Positions 20,719-31,018 of a stretch of 64,000 nucleotides of DNA are shown here, in pieces. The stretch's first letter is position 1. Every line of letters begins with the position of its first letter. The stretch is from positions 6,830-70,829 of IMG/VR virus record IMGVR_UViG_3300005525_000034; one strand, 5' to 3'. Under the pieces are notes generated by a model that saw nothing but the letters and a program-made list of their open reading frames with translations, was not told the origin of the DNA and made no database searches. Source of the stretch: a virus. The position numbers and the translations under genes are program-made.

Positions 20719-23700
20719 CAGCCCATCCCCAGCGACTTGCGGACCTTGACGCTGTTGCGCATGTCCTTGAGGGTCATGGCCCGGCCCCGTTCTGCCGCAT
20801 CGCGCAAACCCTGCTGGAACTGCTCAGCGGTCACGTACTCCACCCCGTTGATCACCCGGCTCTCGAAGCGCACGTCCAGGGGCCTGGCCGGGGCCGCCAT
20901 GGCGACGGACAGGGCCTGCGCGGCCTGCTGCTGCCGGGTCACCGTGGCGACGGCTGCAACGGCCTCACGGCTGGCCTCAAAGGCCGCAGCCGACGCCCCC
21001 CCGCCGGCGGAGCCGCCGCCCAGGGCGCTGCGGGCCTGAAGCAGCGCCTGAGTCCTGTCGTTCGGGATGACGGTGCCGCTGGCGCCCGGCACGAAGAGTT
21101 CCATCCCCCGCTCACCGACCAGGTAGGCGCGGTTGCTGGTGACCGGGCCGCCCCGGGCCCGCTGGGGAATCCCCCAGTTCGGGCCCGCGATGCCGAGGCC
21201 GTTGGCCTGGTAGCCCTTGGCCGACATCCCCGTCAGTGCCTTTGACCCACCGAACAGGCTGGTGAGGCTGCCGATCGAGCCGAACACGCCGGCCAGGCCC
21301 ATCAGCGTGTTGTAGGTGCCACCGCCAGACATCTGCTGCACGCCGCCGGTGGCCATGGCAACGCCGCCGAGCACGGCGCCCACGCGGCCCAGGCTCTGCA
21401 TCAGCCCCTCGAAGCCGCCGGCCGTGCGGCCCGCGGTGGTGGCCACCACGTCGATCACCTGCCCGGCGTTGTCCATCGACTGCGCTAGGCCGGCGGCGCT
21501 GGGCACCAGGGCACCAGCAGCGGCCCCGGTCTCCTGGAAGGGCATTACGGCGAGGGGGACGGGTGCGCCGGTGCCGCTGCCCCCTGTCAGAGCGCTTGCG
21601 GCCTGCCCCAGGGCGGTGCCGGCCTGCTGCAGTGTGCTGCCGGCAGTGTTGAGGCTGGAGGCCGCGGCCTGCTGTTGGCTTGTTGCCTGCTCCTGGGCCA
21701 GCTTGCGGGCCTGCTCCTCCACGTCCACACCGCTGAAGGTGCGGAACAGGTTCTCGGTCAGCTGTTTCTCGATCGGCGCCAGGGCTGCCTCCAGCAGGGC
21801 GCCGGTGAACCGTTCGGCCATCGTGCGCGTGATGCTCTCAGTCAGCCCCGCCAGGTCGAAGCCCTCGCTGCTGAACAACTGCCCCAGCAGGCCCCGGATC
21901 GTGTTGCCAAGGCTGCCGGCGGTGGCCTCCGTCAGCTGGCCCGCCAGGCGGCCGCGAGGGGTCTTGAGAACCTCGGCGGTGAGCTGATCGCGGACGGCCT
22001 GGATCCGCAGCTCTTCCGTCTTGGCCCGCTGGCTGGTCGTCAGGGTTTCGGCCTGCAGAGACTGCGTCTGCACCAGGTTGGGGATCAGCACGTTGTTCAG
22101 GCGCTCCAGAGCCTCCGTGGTGCGCTGAATCAGTGCCGCGTTGTCCCGGATGCTGTTGGCGTTGCTCTCGATCGAGTTCTGAAGGCTGGCCGCCTGACCT
22201 GCAGCATCAAAGGCCGGAGCGGTGGTCGGCCCAAACCACTGTCCAGGAGAAGAGTTCTGAAGCTCGATAACCGCTTGTCGGAGCTTTGCGGTATTCGCAT
22301 ACTGCAAGCCGATCCATTCTTGGCGCAGCCCGCGCATGCCTTGCTCAACGGATACACCCTGAACACGGTTACGGGCCAATAGATAGCCAAGCCTTTCCTG
22401 TACTTCCGGGGTAAAGCGATCGCTCATGCTGACGCCCGTGGCGCCATAGCGGCCCTGCATAAGCCCCTGCAGGGTCGAACCAATGATCTGATACTTGCCG
22501 ACCGCGTGCAGTTGCTGACTACGAGGCACACCAGGAGCCAGCTGACGCCGCTGAATCTCGGCAATCGTCATGTTCACAAGGTTCGGATCAATCCCGCTTC
22601 CATGTGCGGTGTGTCCGTTATTGCTCCCTCCACGGTTGAACGCTCCGTAGTTCCCTCCGTAGCTTTCGTGGCTCCCGATCAGTCGGCTCAGCAGCGTGCC
22701 ACCCACCCCGCCTCCGGGGGTGGCAGCTCCACCTGGCGTAGGGGGGAGGATCGGTGCCGGAGGGTAACCCCCGCCCACCCAGCTTCCGATCGCCGGACCC
22801 GCCTGCGCGTTCTGGATCACAGAGGCGCTGATCTGATCACGCTGCTTCTGCAGCTTCAGCTGCTCCCGCTGGGCCTCCAGCTCGATCTGCGAGTTCTTCG
22901 CGCGCAGACCCTCGATGTTCAGCCGCACCGCCGCCAGCTGCAGCTCGGTGCGTTCCCGTTCCTGCTGAACCTGCAGCTGCTTGCGCTGAAGCTCCTGCTC
23001 CTGCTGCAGCTGCCGCTGACGGGCCTCATAGACCTTGCGGGTGGCATCCGCTTCCGACACAAAGCCCTGCGCGCCGGCGGCCAGTGCTTCGATGCGGGCG
23101 CCGATCACCGCCTGGACGCTGGTCGGGCTGTCGGTCGCGTTCTGCTGCGCCTGGGCCACCTTCAGCTGGGCCTCGGCCTCCTGCACGGCAGCCGCGGCCT
23201 GGGCCTGCTGCAGCTCCAGCCTGGCGCGGTCAACCTTCTCCAGCTCGCGCGAATCCTCCAGTTTCCTCTCGAGTTTGCGCAGCTCGTTCTCTTGATCGCG
23301 GATCTCCTGTTTGCCCTTCTCGAGCCGCTTGTCGCGCTCCGCTGTGATTGCCTGCTCCTTCTGCTGCAGCTCCGCCAGCTGGGCCTGCTGCTCGCGGGTG
23401 GCGCCCGCCAGCTGCTCCTGAATGCCCAGCTGCTGCCCCTTGATGTCCAGCGTCCGGCCCTCGAGGGCGTTCGTCTGCTGGATCACCCCGACCATTTCGT
23501 TGCCGAGCTCAACGGTGCGGTCAACGATCTCCAGCTGCTGGTTCCTGAGCCGCAGCTCCGCCTGGGCCTCACTCCGCTGCCGCGCCAGGGACTTGAACTC
23601 CGGGCTGCTGGCCCGGACCACCTGCATCCGGCTCGAGATGTCGGCGATGGCGGCCTGAGCCTTCTCCCGCTGGATCTGCAGCTCGAGGCGCTGGATGCGC

Positions 23701-25781
23701 AGCTGCTCCTGCTGCAGCTTCTGCTGCTTCAGCTGGATCTGCAGCTGGGTCTGCAGCATCTCCCGCTCGGTGCCCAGCAGGGCCCGCCGCTCCTGAATCC
23801 GCTGCTGCTCCTGCCGCAGCGCCAAGTCGTTGCGAGCTTCGTCTGCCGCCAGGCGGGCCTCCGGCGAAGCGGCCACCTGGATGGCGAAGTTGGCACGGTT
23901 GGTCTCGAGGCCGCGGCGGCTCTCGGCCAGCTCATTCATCGACTGCTGCAGGCCCTTCTGAGCACCCATGAGCCGCAGCGTCTGCTCGAGGCCCTGGATC
24001 TCGTTCTTGACCCGGTCCTGCACCAGCTGGCTCAGCTCCTTGGCTTCGTTCAGCCGGCGGGTGCTTCCCGTGCCGAGCCTCGCCTCGCGCTCCTGCAGCA
24101 GCTTCTTGGTGCTGTCAGACAGGTTCAGGGACCGCAGCTCGGGCTCTTTCGCTCCCCCCAACGAGGTCGCGAACTCGGACTCGATCACCGATTGCCGCTG
24201 CGCAATCTCCTGCGGCGTCATACCCCGGAGCTTGCCATCAAGCCACGCCACCCCCTTGGCCATTTCGACAAAGGGCCGCGCCACCGTGGCAGCGGCCCCC
24301 TCGGCCTTGGCAATCAGGTCGTCGAAGAACTTCAGGATCTTGTCGAAGAACGAGTCGATGCTGTCGACCGTCTGACCAGTCAGCACCCGAAGAAAAACAC
24401 TGATCGGACGCAGCGCGGTCGAGGCAGCCGCAGCCACAAGCTCGAACACCTTGGCGATGACCTGCAGGATGCCGCCCAAGGCTTTGAAGACTGGCAGCAG
24501 GCCCAAGCCGATGAGATTCATCCCCACCGCGCCGACGTCCGCAACGATCTGCACCAGCGAGGCCACCATCGAGCCGAGAGACACCAGCCAGCCACCGATC
24601 TCGCCGAGCATGCGCAGCAGAGGCTCAATCGCTTCCGAGATGCCACGCATGGCGCCGGCAAAGCTGCCCTGCAGGCTGTCGAGACTGTCGAGGACCGCCT
24701 TCAGGCCCATGGCCAGTCCGCGCTCCAGCGCCTGCCCGCCCTCAGTGTTGATTGTCTGAAAAACGTCCTCGAAGTTGCTCTGAACGTTTGAGAGCGAAGC
24801 GCTCAGAACTTCCTGCCCCTGATACAGCTTCTCCAGCTTCTGCATCAGGTCTTCGTAGTATTTTCCCTCTTCCTTCAGCTGCGCAATCTTCTCCCTGGCG
24901 CCAGCGCCATAGAGCTTGTTTGCCAGCTGGTCGTACATCTGGACGTCGCCAGTGAGCAGGGAGCTCACCTCCGAGCGGTATTGATCGCCCGGAACCCCCA
25001 GCACATTGGTGGCCGCAGCCAGGCGGGTGCTGAGCTTGCGGATGTTGCCCAGGTTCTCCCCTTCTTTGCCCAGCGATGCGCTGTTCTGCAAGATGAGGTT
25101 GAAGCCCTCGTAGATCTCGGAAGCGGTGGCGCCCGAGATCTTGGCAACTTCCTTCTGAATCTCCTTGTACTCCTTGGTGATGACGCCCCGGACGGCGCGC
25201 ATCTGGTTGGCGGTGCCCTCAATCGCCTTGCCGTCGGGCCCCAGGATCCCGAACGACTGCGATGTGAAGATGCCCGCCTCGGCCACCTGCTGGTTGAAGC
25301 GGCCGGCCTCTTGCGACAGCTGCTTCAGCGGCGCCAGCACGCTGTTCACCGCGGCCGAGACGCCATAGAAGATGGCCTGGAGGCCCTGGGCGGCCAGACC
25401 GATCTGGGCCAGGACAGGCAGGGCCCGGCCGGCGGCACCCATCGCCCCGCTCAGGGCGCCGGAGAAGCCCCCAAGCGCACCACCGGAAGCGCTGAGGCGC
25501 GACGACAGGTTGCTGAGGCTCTCTGCCAGGCCCTGGAACGCATTGCCGTCGCCCTGCAGGCCCTGGCCAACGGCCGCCAGGATCTGATTGAGGCCGTTCA
25601 GCCGGTTCTGCAGCTGATCGATCTCGCGCGACGCCTGGCCGGTGTCGGCGTCGAACTTGACCGTGATGCCCTGCTTCTCAAGCTGGTCGGTGTAGCGCTT
25701 GAGGACCGCCAGCTCGCGATCCAGCGCGCTGCGATCCCCGTAGAGCCGCAGGAATGCTGAGCCGAGGCTGATTCCTTCCAA
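20718..25781 (-). CDS. Tape measure protein with embedded lysozyme-like domain
   Basis: 1687 aa, long coiled coil; C-terminal RARGGPV...YLVGERGMELFVP; ES.GGNY...AVGKYQI muramidase-like segment. Confidence 0.88.
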   Translation of the reverse strand: MEGISLGSAFLRLYGDRSALDRELAVLKRYTDQLEKQGITVKFDADTGQASREIDQLQNRLNGLNQILAAVGQGLQGDGNAFQGLAESLSNLSSRLSASGGALGGFSGALSGAMGAAGRALPVLAQIGLAAQGLQAIFYGVSAAVNSVLAPLKQLSQEAGRFNQQVAEAGIFTSQSFGILGPDGKAIEGTANQMRAVRGVITKEYKEIQKEVAKISGATASEIYEGFNLILQNSASLGKEGENLGNIRKLSTRLAAATNVLGVPGDQYRSEVSSLLTGDVQMYDQLANKLYGAGAREKIAQLKEEGKYYEDLMQKLEKLYQGQEVLSASLSNVQSNFEDVFQTINTEGGQALERGLAMGLKAVLDSLDSLQGSFAGAMRGISEAIEPLLRMLGEIGGWLVSLGSMVASLVQIVADVGAVGMNLIGLGLLPVFKALGGILQVIAKVFELVAAAASTALRPISVFLRVLTGQTVDSIDSFFDKILKFFDDLIAKAEGAAATVARPFVEMAKGVAWLDGKLRGMTPQEIAQRQSVIESEFATSLGGAKEPELRSLNLSDSTKKLLQEREARLGTGSTRRLNEAKELSQLVQDRVKNEIQGLEQTLRLMGAQKGLQQSMNELAESRRGLETNRANFAIQVAASPEARLAADEARNDLALRQEQQRIQERRALLGTEREMLQTQLQIQLKQQKLQQEQLRIQRLELQIQREKAQAAIADISSRMQVVRASSPEFKSLARQRSEAQAELRLRNQQLEIVDRTVELGNEMVGVIQQTNALEGRTLDIKGQQLGIQEQLAGATREQQAQLAELQQKEQAITAERDKRLEKGKQEIRDQENELRKLERKLEDSRELEKVDRARLELQQAQAAAAVQEAEAQLKVAQAQQNATDSPTSVQAVIGARIEALAAGAQGFVSEADATRKVYEARQRQLQQEQELQRKQLQVQQERERTELQLAAVRLNIEGLRAKNSQIELEAQREQLKLQKQRDQISASVIQNAQAGPAIGSWVGGGYPPAPILPPTPGGAATPGGGVGGTLLSRLIGSHESYGGNYGAFNRGGSNNGHTAHGSGIDPNLVNMTIAEIQRRQLAPGVPRSQQLHAVGKYQIIGSTLQGLMQGRYGATGVSMSDRFTPEVQERLGYLLARNRVQGVSVEQGMRGLRQEWIGLQYANTAKLRQAVIELQNSSPGQWFGPTTAPAFDAAGQAASLQNSIESNANSIRDNAALIQRTTEALERLNNVLIPNLVQTQSLQAETLTTSQRAKTEELRIQAVRDQLTAEVLKTPRGRLAGQLTEATAGSLGNTIRGLLGQLFSSEGFDLAGLTESITRTMAERFTGALLEAALAPIEKQLTENLFRTFSGVDVEEQARKLAQEQATSQQQAAASSLNTAGSTLQQAGTALGQAASALTGGSGTGAPVPLAVMPFQETGAAAGALVPSAAGLAQSMDNAGQVIDVVATTAGRTAGGFEGLMQSLGRVGAVLGGVAMATGGVQQMSGGGTYNTLMGLAGVFGSIGSLTSLFGGSKALTGMSAKGYQANGLGIAGPNWGIPQRARGGPVTSNRAYLVGERGMELFVPGASGTVIPNDRTQALLQARSALGGGSAGGGASAAAFEASREAVAAVATVTRQQQAAQALSVAMAAPARPLDVRFESRVINGVEYVTAEQFQQGLRDAAERGRAMTLKDMRNSVKVRKSLGMG

Positions 25782-25815
25782 CGATCGTTCGCCTGTTCTC
25801 CATTCTGGCCGCGCC

Positions 25816-26280
25816 TCAATTCAGCACGTCTGCGCTCTTCAGGTCCTCCATCAGGAAGGCGATCACCGGCATCGGCAATGCACGGGTCTGGATCAGCTGC
25901 CGCAGCGTCGCTGCTGCATCAGCCGCCAGCCGCGGCCGCCCGTCGGGGTTCTCCATCCGGTAGGGCAGCCAGTCCTCGAGGGTGGAGGTGGCCTTGCCCA
26001 TGCTGGCCGCCACCTGCACGGTCATCCCCACCCGTGCCGTGGTGTAGGCCAGGGCGTTGGTCCGCTCGCGCTCCTGGCGCAGGATCATCTCCAGCACCTT
26101 GAAGATCTTGCGGCAGGGCTGCCGCCCGAACTGCGCCGCCTGGTAGCGGGGGTCGGAGAAACCGCTGCTGTTGATCGCGACGTAGATCTCGTTCAGGTCG
26201 ACCGGTGGGGTCTTCAGGGCGGTGCGCAGCTGCGCGATCTGGGCGTCGACACTCAGCTGGCCGACGCCTTGGCCTTTCCC
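25816..26280 (-). CDS. Tail assembly chaperone T part (expressed as G-T fusion by -1 frameshift)
   Basis: Frame open from slippery GGGAAAG at 26280-26274 to stop at 25816. Confidence 0.8.
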   Translation of the reverse strand, partial: GKGQGVGQLSVDAQIAQLRTALKTPPVDLNEIYVAINSSGFSDPRYQAAQFGRQPCRKIFKVLEMILRQERERTNALAYTTARVGMTVQVAASMGKATSTLEDWLPYRMENPDGRPRLAADAAATLRQLIQTRALPMPVIAFLMEDLKSADVLN

Positions 26281-26774
26281 TTGCCGGCCGCGGCCGGTTC
26301 TTCGCCGGTCTGCTCCTGGCGGATGAAGGCCAGGATCTGCTGGCGGAACTTGCCGGGCAGTCGGCGGGTGGCGTCCAGATCCCAGTCATCCATCGGCTGC
26401 CAGCCGTCGGGGCCCTCGATCTCCGCGCGCGACAGGATGAACAGGTTGATCATCTGCGAGTCGATCACGCTCTGGATCGGCAGACTGCTGACCAGCATGA
26501 ATGCCTCCTCGCTGAACTCCGCGATCCAGGGCGAGTCGGCGAAGGTGCCGCTCGTCAGCTTGTTGATCACCTCCTCGAAGGGCACCTCTCTGGCATCGCT
26601 GATCCGCTTGGCCAGGGTCATCATCGACAGCAGCGCCTGGGTCGATTGCCGCTGAGCCTGCTCCATCTCCTCGAGCTCGGCGCCCAGCAGATCGATGTAG
26701 CGACGAAAACGCAGCTTGCCGATCGTTTCGTAGTCGGTGGCAAAGGAATCAAACAGCAGTTCTTTGCTACTCAT
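26253..26774 (-). CDS. Tail assembly chaperone G
   Basis: Between major tail and tape measure; ends ...GKGKAKASAS with slippery site. Confidence 0.8.
   Translation of the reverse strand: MSSKELLFDSFATDYETIGKLRFRRYIDLLGAELEEMEQAQRQSTQALLSMMTLAKRISDAREVPFEEVINKLTSGTFADSPWIAEFSEEAFMLVSSLPIQSVIDSQMINLFILSRAEIEGPDGWQPMDDWDLDATRRLPGKFRQQILAFIRQEQTGEEPAAAGKGKAKASAS
26274..26280 (-). other. -1 programmed ribosomal frameshift slippery site G GGA AAG
   Basis: Same heptamer as lambda G/GT; -1 frame continues without stop into VLEMILRQERER. Confidence 0.85.
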
Positions 26775-27019
26775 GTGAGTCTTTTGAGGGGGAGAACGCA
26801 GTCGTATCCTTTGTAGCGCTCCGGCTGAGCGATCACTTCTGTGGGAAGTTGCACCAGGTAGGCGACGCCGTCCATCGTTGGATCCTTGACGGTCAGCCAT
26901 CCGTCTTCAACGAAGCCATCGACCACCAGCAGAGCCACCTGCAGTTCTGCCGTGTCGGCAGTGCAGTGGATCAGGAACACCTGGCTGCGGTTGTCCTGTA
27001 GCAGGGCGTGAAAGTGCAT
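26771..27019 (-). CDS. Hypothetical protein
   Basis: ATG at 27019; ATGTGA-type coupling to chaperone G. Confidence 0.5.
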   Translation of the reverse strand: MHFHALLQDNRSQVFLIHCTADTAELQVALLVVDGFVEDGWLTVKDPTMDGVAYLVQLPTEVIAQPERYKGYDCVLPLKRLT

Positions 27020-27020
27020 G

Positions 27021-27044
27021 AAAAAGCCCCGGCGTCCCGGGGCT
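27021..27044 (-). terminator. Rho-independent terminator after major tail gene
   Basis: AGCCCCGG-GACG-CCGGGGCT stem followed by T run on minus strand. Confidence 0.75.
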
Positions 27045-27073
27045 CCGTCCACCTCTCGTTCAGGCTAGGCGCC

Positions 27074-28087
27074 TCAGGCAGTGCGGAAGGTGGTGGTGAA
27101 TCCCTGGATCGGCTTGCGGAAGCCGCTTGGGGAGGCATTACCGCTGCCATCCACCGCCTGGGTGATGGCACCATCTGCGATCCGCAGCCGGTAGATCGTC
27201 GCCGCGGCCAGGTCGGTCGTCGGGTTGATCGTGACCACGTTGGAGCCGACGCCACCGAGCGAGACCGCTGCGGGCACCAGCTGACCGCTGGAGGCCACCT
27301 CGAGGCGGAAGCCGCTGCCGTCCTCGCTGCCGAGCGCCAACTGGGTGAGAGCGGCCGTGCCGTTGCTGGTGAAGGTGACGACCACGTTGCTGGTGGTCGC
27401 GACGTCGTCGGCGTTGTCGACGGGGGAGACAGCCGCCTGACGGGTGCCGGCCACCAGGAACAGCAGGGTGTTCTGGATCTGGCCGATCGTCAGGGGAGCG
27501 CCGCCGGCGTTGTAGCGGCCGAACACCGGCCTGCCGCGGCTCATCACGTCGAAGCTGATCTCGGTGAGGCCCTCGGCCTGGCCGCCGTCGTTGTAGTTGC
27601 GGCAGACGCCATTGAAGCCGGCGTAGTCGTAGATGTAGTCGCCGGTGCTGCCATTGAGGCGGCCCATCTCCTTGAGGATCTCGAAGTAGATCTCGAACTC
27701 CTTGTCGTAGCGGGCCCGCTCGATCAGGGCGAAGTCTTCGCTGTAGTCGCCGCGGAACTGGGGCACCGTGGAGCCAGCCGGCACCTCGATGTCCTTGATG
27801 AAGTAGCTCCGCATGCTGGAGCGCACCCGGCTGCCAGTGGTCACCGAGTCGGCCCAGCCGTCATCGCCGAACAGGCGAAACTCCTGGTCGTTGTCGTCGA
27901 CCTGGAAGCTGCCGCTGGTGATGCCCTGCATCTCGATGTAGCCCTGGCTTGGGGGCAGGGTGGGCAGCGACACGAAGCCGGCGCTGTCGCGCACGGCAAA
28001 CAGGCGCTGCGGTGCCACCAGGGGAACAGCTCGAACAAGGGTGCGGTGCGCCTTGTGGAAGGCCGCGCCGATCGCGAAATTGGCCAT
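27074..28087 (-). CDS. Major tail protein with C-terminal Ig-like domain
   Basis: Context; C-terminal VSPVDNADDVATTSNVVVTF...VTINPTTDLAAATIY Big-type pattern. Confidence 0.8.
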   Translation of the reverse strand: MANFAIGAAFHKAHRTLVRAVPLVAPQRLFAVRDSAGFVSLPTLPPSQGYIEMQGITSGSFQVDDNDQEFRLFGDDGWADSVTTGSRVRSSMRSYFIKDIEVPAGSTVPQFRGDYSEDFALIERARYDKEFEIYFEILKEMGRLNGSTGDYIYDYAGFNGVCRNYNDGGQAEGLTEISFDVMSRGRPVFGRYNAGGAPLTIGQIQNTLLFLVAGTRQAAVSPVDNADDVATTSNVVVTFTSNGTAALTQLALGSEDGSGFRLEVASSGQLVPAAVSLGGVGSNVVTINPTTDLAAATIYRLRIADGAITQAVDGSGNASPSGFRKPIQGFTTTFRTA

Positions 28088-28097
28088 GGTGCTACTC

Positions 28098-28511
28098 CTA
28101 GAGCGGGGTGATCAGAACGGGATCGGGCAGCTCGTAGGTGAGCTGCTCGTAGGTGTTGTCGGTCTGGGGGAGTCCACGTGGCTTCGCCCAGGGCCAGGCC
28201 CTGTACGCCAGTAGCTGAACCCCACTGAGGTCCTTCGTGATGTCGTAACAGCGAAACTGGAGGGTCCAGATCCGCTGCGCCTTGAGCATTCCGAGGCCTC
28301 CCAAGTGCTGCAGGGGCGGCGGATTGGTCAGCACGCATTCGATGCCGCTGACCCGCCAGTCCGGCGGAACCTGGGACCGGCCGACCACATACAGGGCCGG
28401 CTGGGTGGTGCCGTTGGGAAGGGTGTAGGTGCCCAGTTCGCTACCGAACAGCTCGAGCAGGGCCTCACGCAGCTGGCGGACGCTGCAACCGGCAACCACA
28501 GGCAGGGTCAT
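28098..28511 (-). CDS. Putative tail terminator
   Basis: Position immediately upstream of major tail gene. Confidence 0.55.
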   Translation of the reverse strand: MTLPVVAGCSVRQLREALLELFGSELGTYTLPNGTTQPALYVVGRSQVPPDWRVSGIECVLTNPPPLQHLGGLGMLKAQRIWTLQFRCYDITKDLSGVQLLAYRAWPWAKPRGLPQTDNTYEQLTYELPDPVLITPL

Positions 28512-28906
28512 TGCCCGGCCCTCCGGCGCATGGCCAGCCTGAACCTGGCCTCGAACTGCCGGACCACGGTGTCGCGGTCGTAGAGCACTGGCCGGGTCCA
28601 CGGCCTGGCCGGCATGCTTCGGGCGTTGCCCTCGGCATCGGTGGCCTTGAACACCGCCCCGTCATGCACCACGGCCGCATAGGGGGCTGTCCAGTCGAAG
28701 AAGGTCTCGAGCTCCTGGCTCAGGCCACGGGTGATTCGCAGGCTGCGGCGCAGGTTGCCGGTGTCGACGATGTCCCGCGGGGTCGGCTCGCGGGGCCAAT
28801 CCCACTTTTCGTCAGAGATCTCCTTGGTGAACCGGCGGCCCAGATAGGCCGACAGGTCGTCCCAGGCTTCGTTGAGGGCGTCGTCGATGCGCAGGTCCAG
28901 CGGCAT
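28508..28906 (-). CDS. HK97 gp10-like neck protein
   Basis: VDTGNLRRS...YAAVVHDG...MPARPW motif. Confidence 0.75.
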   Translation of the reverse strand: MPLDLRIDDALNEAWDDLSAYLGRRFTKEISDEKWDWPREPTPRDIVDTGNLRRSLRITRGLSQELETFFDWTAPYAAVVHDGAVFKATDAEGNARSMPARPWTRPVLYDRDTVVRQFEARFRLAMRRRAGQ

Positions 28907-28919
28907 GGGTCTGTCCTCC

Positions 28920-29342
28920 TCAGGGGGCTTGTGGGGGCGGTGGAGGGGGAGGCAGCTGCTTGCCGCCCAGCACCCGGAACGTGCCGCTGATCGACTGGCG
29001 GATGGTCGGATACGCCGACTCGTCCATTGCCAGATCGAACACCAGCTCGAAACGACCGGTGAGGCCGTTGATCACCGCCGCGGCCTTGCTGCCGTTCGTG
29101 ATCCGCTCGTCCAGGACGGCGGGATACAGCAGGCGGCCGTTGCAGCGGTAGAGCGTGGTGTCGACCCCTGGCTCTGAGCTCCAATCAGGGCCGGAGAGCT
29201 TCAAGGCCGCCAGGACCTCGATCGTCTCGAGGCTGGCGACAGGGTTCCCGGTCGCGGCGTCCGTGGTGATGGCAGAGCCGCTGACTGTGAAGGTCAGCTG
29301 GGCATTGCCCCACGGGGCGAAAGCAGCGACGGGAAGGGGCAT
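28920..29342 (-). CDS. Putative head closure protein
   Basis: Context between adaptor and gp10-like gene. Confidence 0.5.
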   Translation of the reverse strand: MPLPVAAFAPWGNAQLTFTVSGSAITTDAATGNPVASLETIEVLAALKLSGPDWSSEPGVDTTLYRCNGRLLYPAVLDERITNGSKAAAVINGLTGRFELVFDLAMDESAYPTIRQSISGTFRVLGGKQLPPPPPPPQAP

Positions 29343-29650
29343 CAGACGACGAAGCCGGTGAGCGGAAGGGTGAGGCGCAGGGCCTCGTACTGCGTGCCGT
29401 AGAAGGTGCTCATCACACCTTCTCCAGCGGGATCAGCCGTCCGCTGATCGACGGAGGCGCCCACCTGCCGCACCCGCTGGGTCACCAGATGGGCGGCGTA
29501 GTAGGCGACACCATCGCTGTGCAGCTCCCCCCAGATGTCCTCACCGCAGACCCGGCCGGCCAGCGCCAGCGACCCATCCACGACGGCGTCGGGGTGGATC
29601 GCCAGCTCCGGGAACCGAGCCAGAAATGCCGATCGGCTGGGGACTGCCAT
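29342..29650 (-). CDS. Head-tail adaptor (DUF4054-like)
   Basis: FLARFPEL...YYAAHL...STFYGTQY pattern. Confidence 0.7.
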   Translation of the reverse strand: MAVPSRSAFLARFPELAIHPDAVVDGSLALAGRVCGEDIWGELHSDGVAYYAAHLVTQRVRQVGASVDQRTADPAGEGVMSTFYGTQYEALRLTLPLTGFVV

Positions 29651-29652
29651 GG

Positions 29653-30069
29653 TCAGCCCTGCCCCTCCTCAATCTCCGCCAGGCGCCGCTTGCAGGCGTT
29701 GCGGATCGCCATCCGCTCGTCTGCGTCGTGCCAGGCCTGCAGCTGGGCCGCTTCACGGGAGTGATGGATCAGCCGCAGCGCCGCGCGCTGCTCGGTCGTG
29801 GCAATCGAGATGACGGCCGCGGCCGGGGTCTCGCTGACCTTCTCGGTGGTGAGGTCGATCTCTTCCACCAGGCGCTGCTCAAGCAGCTCACGGATGGGGG
29901 TGAGTTCCTGAGCGCGGGCCCAGAGCTCCTGGTCGATGTTGAAGTTGTTGCCCGGCTTGAGAACCAGGCACTTATCTTCTCCAGGGAAGGCGACCACAAC
30001 CGCGCCGCCGGAAACGTTGGCGAGGACGGGATCAACCAGCTCAGGGGTGTAGGCGATGGCGAGGCTCAT
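29653..30069 (-). CDS. Head-associated hypothetical protein
   Basis: 138-aa ORF directly after capsid gene. Confidence 0.6.
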   Translation of the reverse strand: MSLAIAYTPELVDPVLANVSGGAVVVAFPGEDKCLVLKPGNNFNIDQELWARAQELTPIRELLEQRLVEEIDLTTEKVSETPAAAVISIATTEQRAALRLIHHSREAAQLQAWHDADERMAIRNACKRRLAEIEEGQG

Positions 30070-30074
30070 GGGGT

Positions 30075-31004
30075 TCAGCCCTTATCGACGTAGGTGATGG
30101 ATTTGGGGTAGTAGAGCGCCACGCCGGCGATCTTGGCCTCTGCAGGCACACTCCACGCCAGGTTTTTGGGCTGGGGTGGGTGGAACTTCAGCGGCATCGG
30201 CACGTGGAACTGGAGCTTCCCGGGATCGCGCTTGTAGATCACCATCCGGGGGGCACTGAGAGCGCCGCCGGAGTTGGCCGGATCAAGCTCATTGATGGGC
30301 TCAACCTGGGTGATGTACGGATTGGTGCGCAGAAAATACTCCAGCACCGTGGTATCGGAGACGTTGCTCCGGGGCGTGGTGCTGATCTTCCGGTAGACGC
30401 TGTAGGGAAGCAGCATCGTGTCCGGGCGCTCCACCATGTTCGAGGCGTTCACCTGGTAGGTAATGCCCTCGTTCAAGATGGCCAGCATCTGATCGGGGGT
30501 GACACTGGCGGAGTCGAACCAGCCATCGCTGGACGAGCCGGTGACCACGATCTTGTCGACCGTCGGGTGGTTGAAGAAACCCCGCAGGCCGGTACCGGGG
30601 TAGCCGAAGAGGGCCACCTTGTTGGCGCGGCGCTCGTAGGCGTCACGCACGGCGTCGGCGCGGCGCTGCTCCAGGGACACCTTGGCGAACTGCGCCTTGC
30701 GCAGCTCCTCGGTGGTGTAGACAAAGGAGCCGCCGAAGTTGCGGATCGTGTTGATGATCTCCCCGCGACGGACGTCGGAGGTGGGGAGATCACTGGCGAA
30801 GTCACCGACCAGGTCGAAGTCACCGACCTTGTCATAGATCTCGTACTTGTAGGTCTCGGCGCCTTCCGGGACCTCATTCGAGACGGGGACGATCCGCGAG
30901 TAGGGGATCTCCGCGTAAGTCTTCTCGAAAACCTTGGGCAGGATGTGCTCGAGTTCACGCAGGAGGAACACTCCCGGCGTGGCGTTGTCCATGCGAACAG
31001 TCAT
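30075..31004 (-). CDS. Major capsid protein (DUF2184 / HK97 fold)
   Basis: FLLRELEHI..KVFEKTY, GLRGFFNHP, PDTMLLP, GVALYYPKSITYVD; starts MTVRMDN. Confidence 0.88.
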   Translation of the reverse strand: MTVRMDNATPGVFLLRELEHILPKVFEKTYAEIPYSRIVPVSNEVPEGAETYKYEIYDKVGDFDLVGDFASDLPTSDVRRGEIINTIRNFGGSFVYTTEELRKAQFAKVSLEQRRADAVRDAYERRANKVALFGYPGTGLRGFFNHPTVDKIVVTGSSSDGWFDSASVTPDQMLAILNEGITYQVNASNMVERPDTMLLPYSVYRKISTTPRSNVSDTTVLEYFLRTNPYITQVEPINELDPANSGGALSAPRMVIYKRDPGKLQFHVPMPLKFHPPQPKNLAWSVPAEAKIAGVALYYPKSITYVDKG

Positions 31005-31018
31005 TGGTCGATGCCTCC

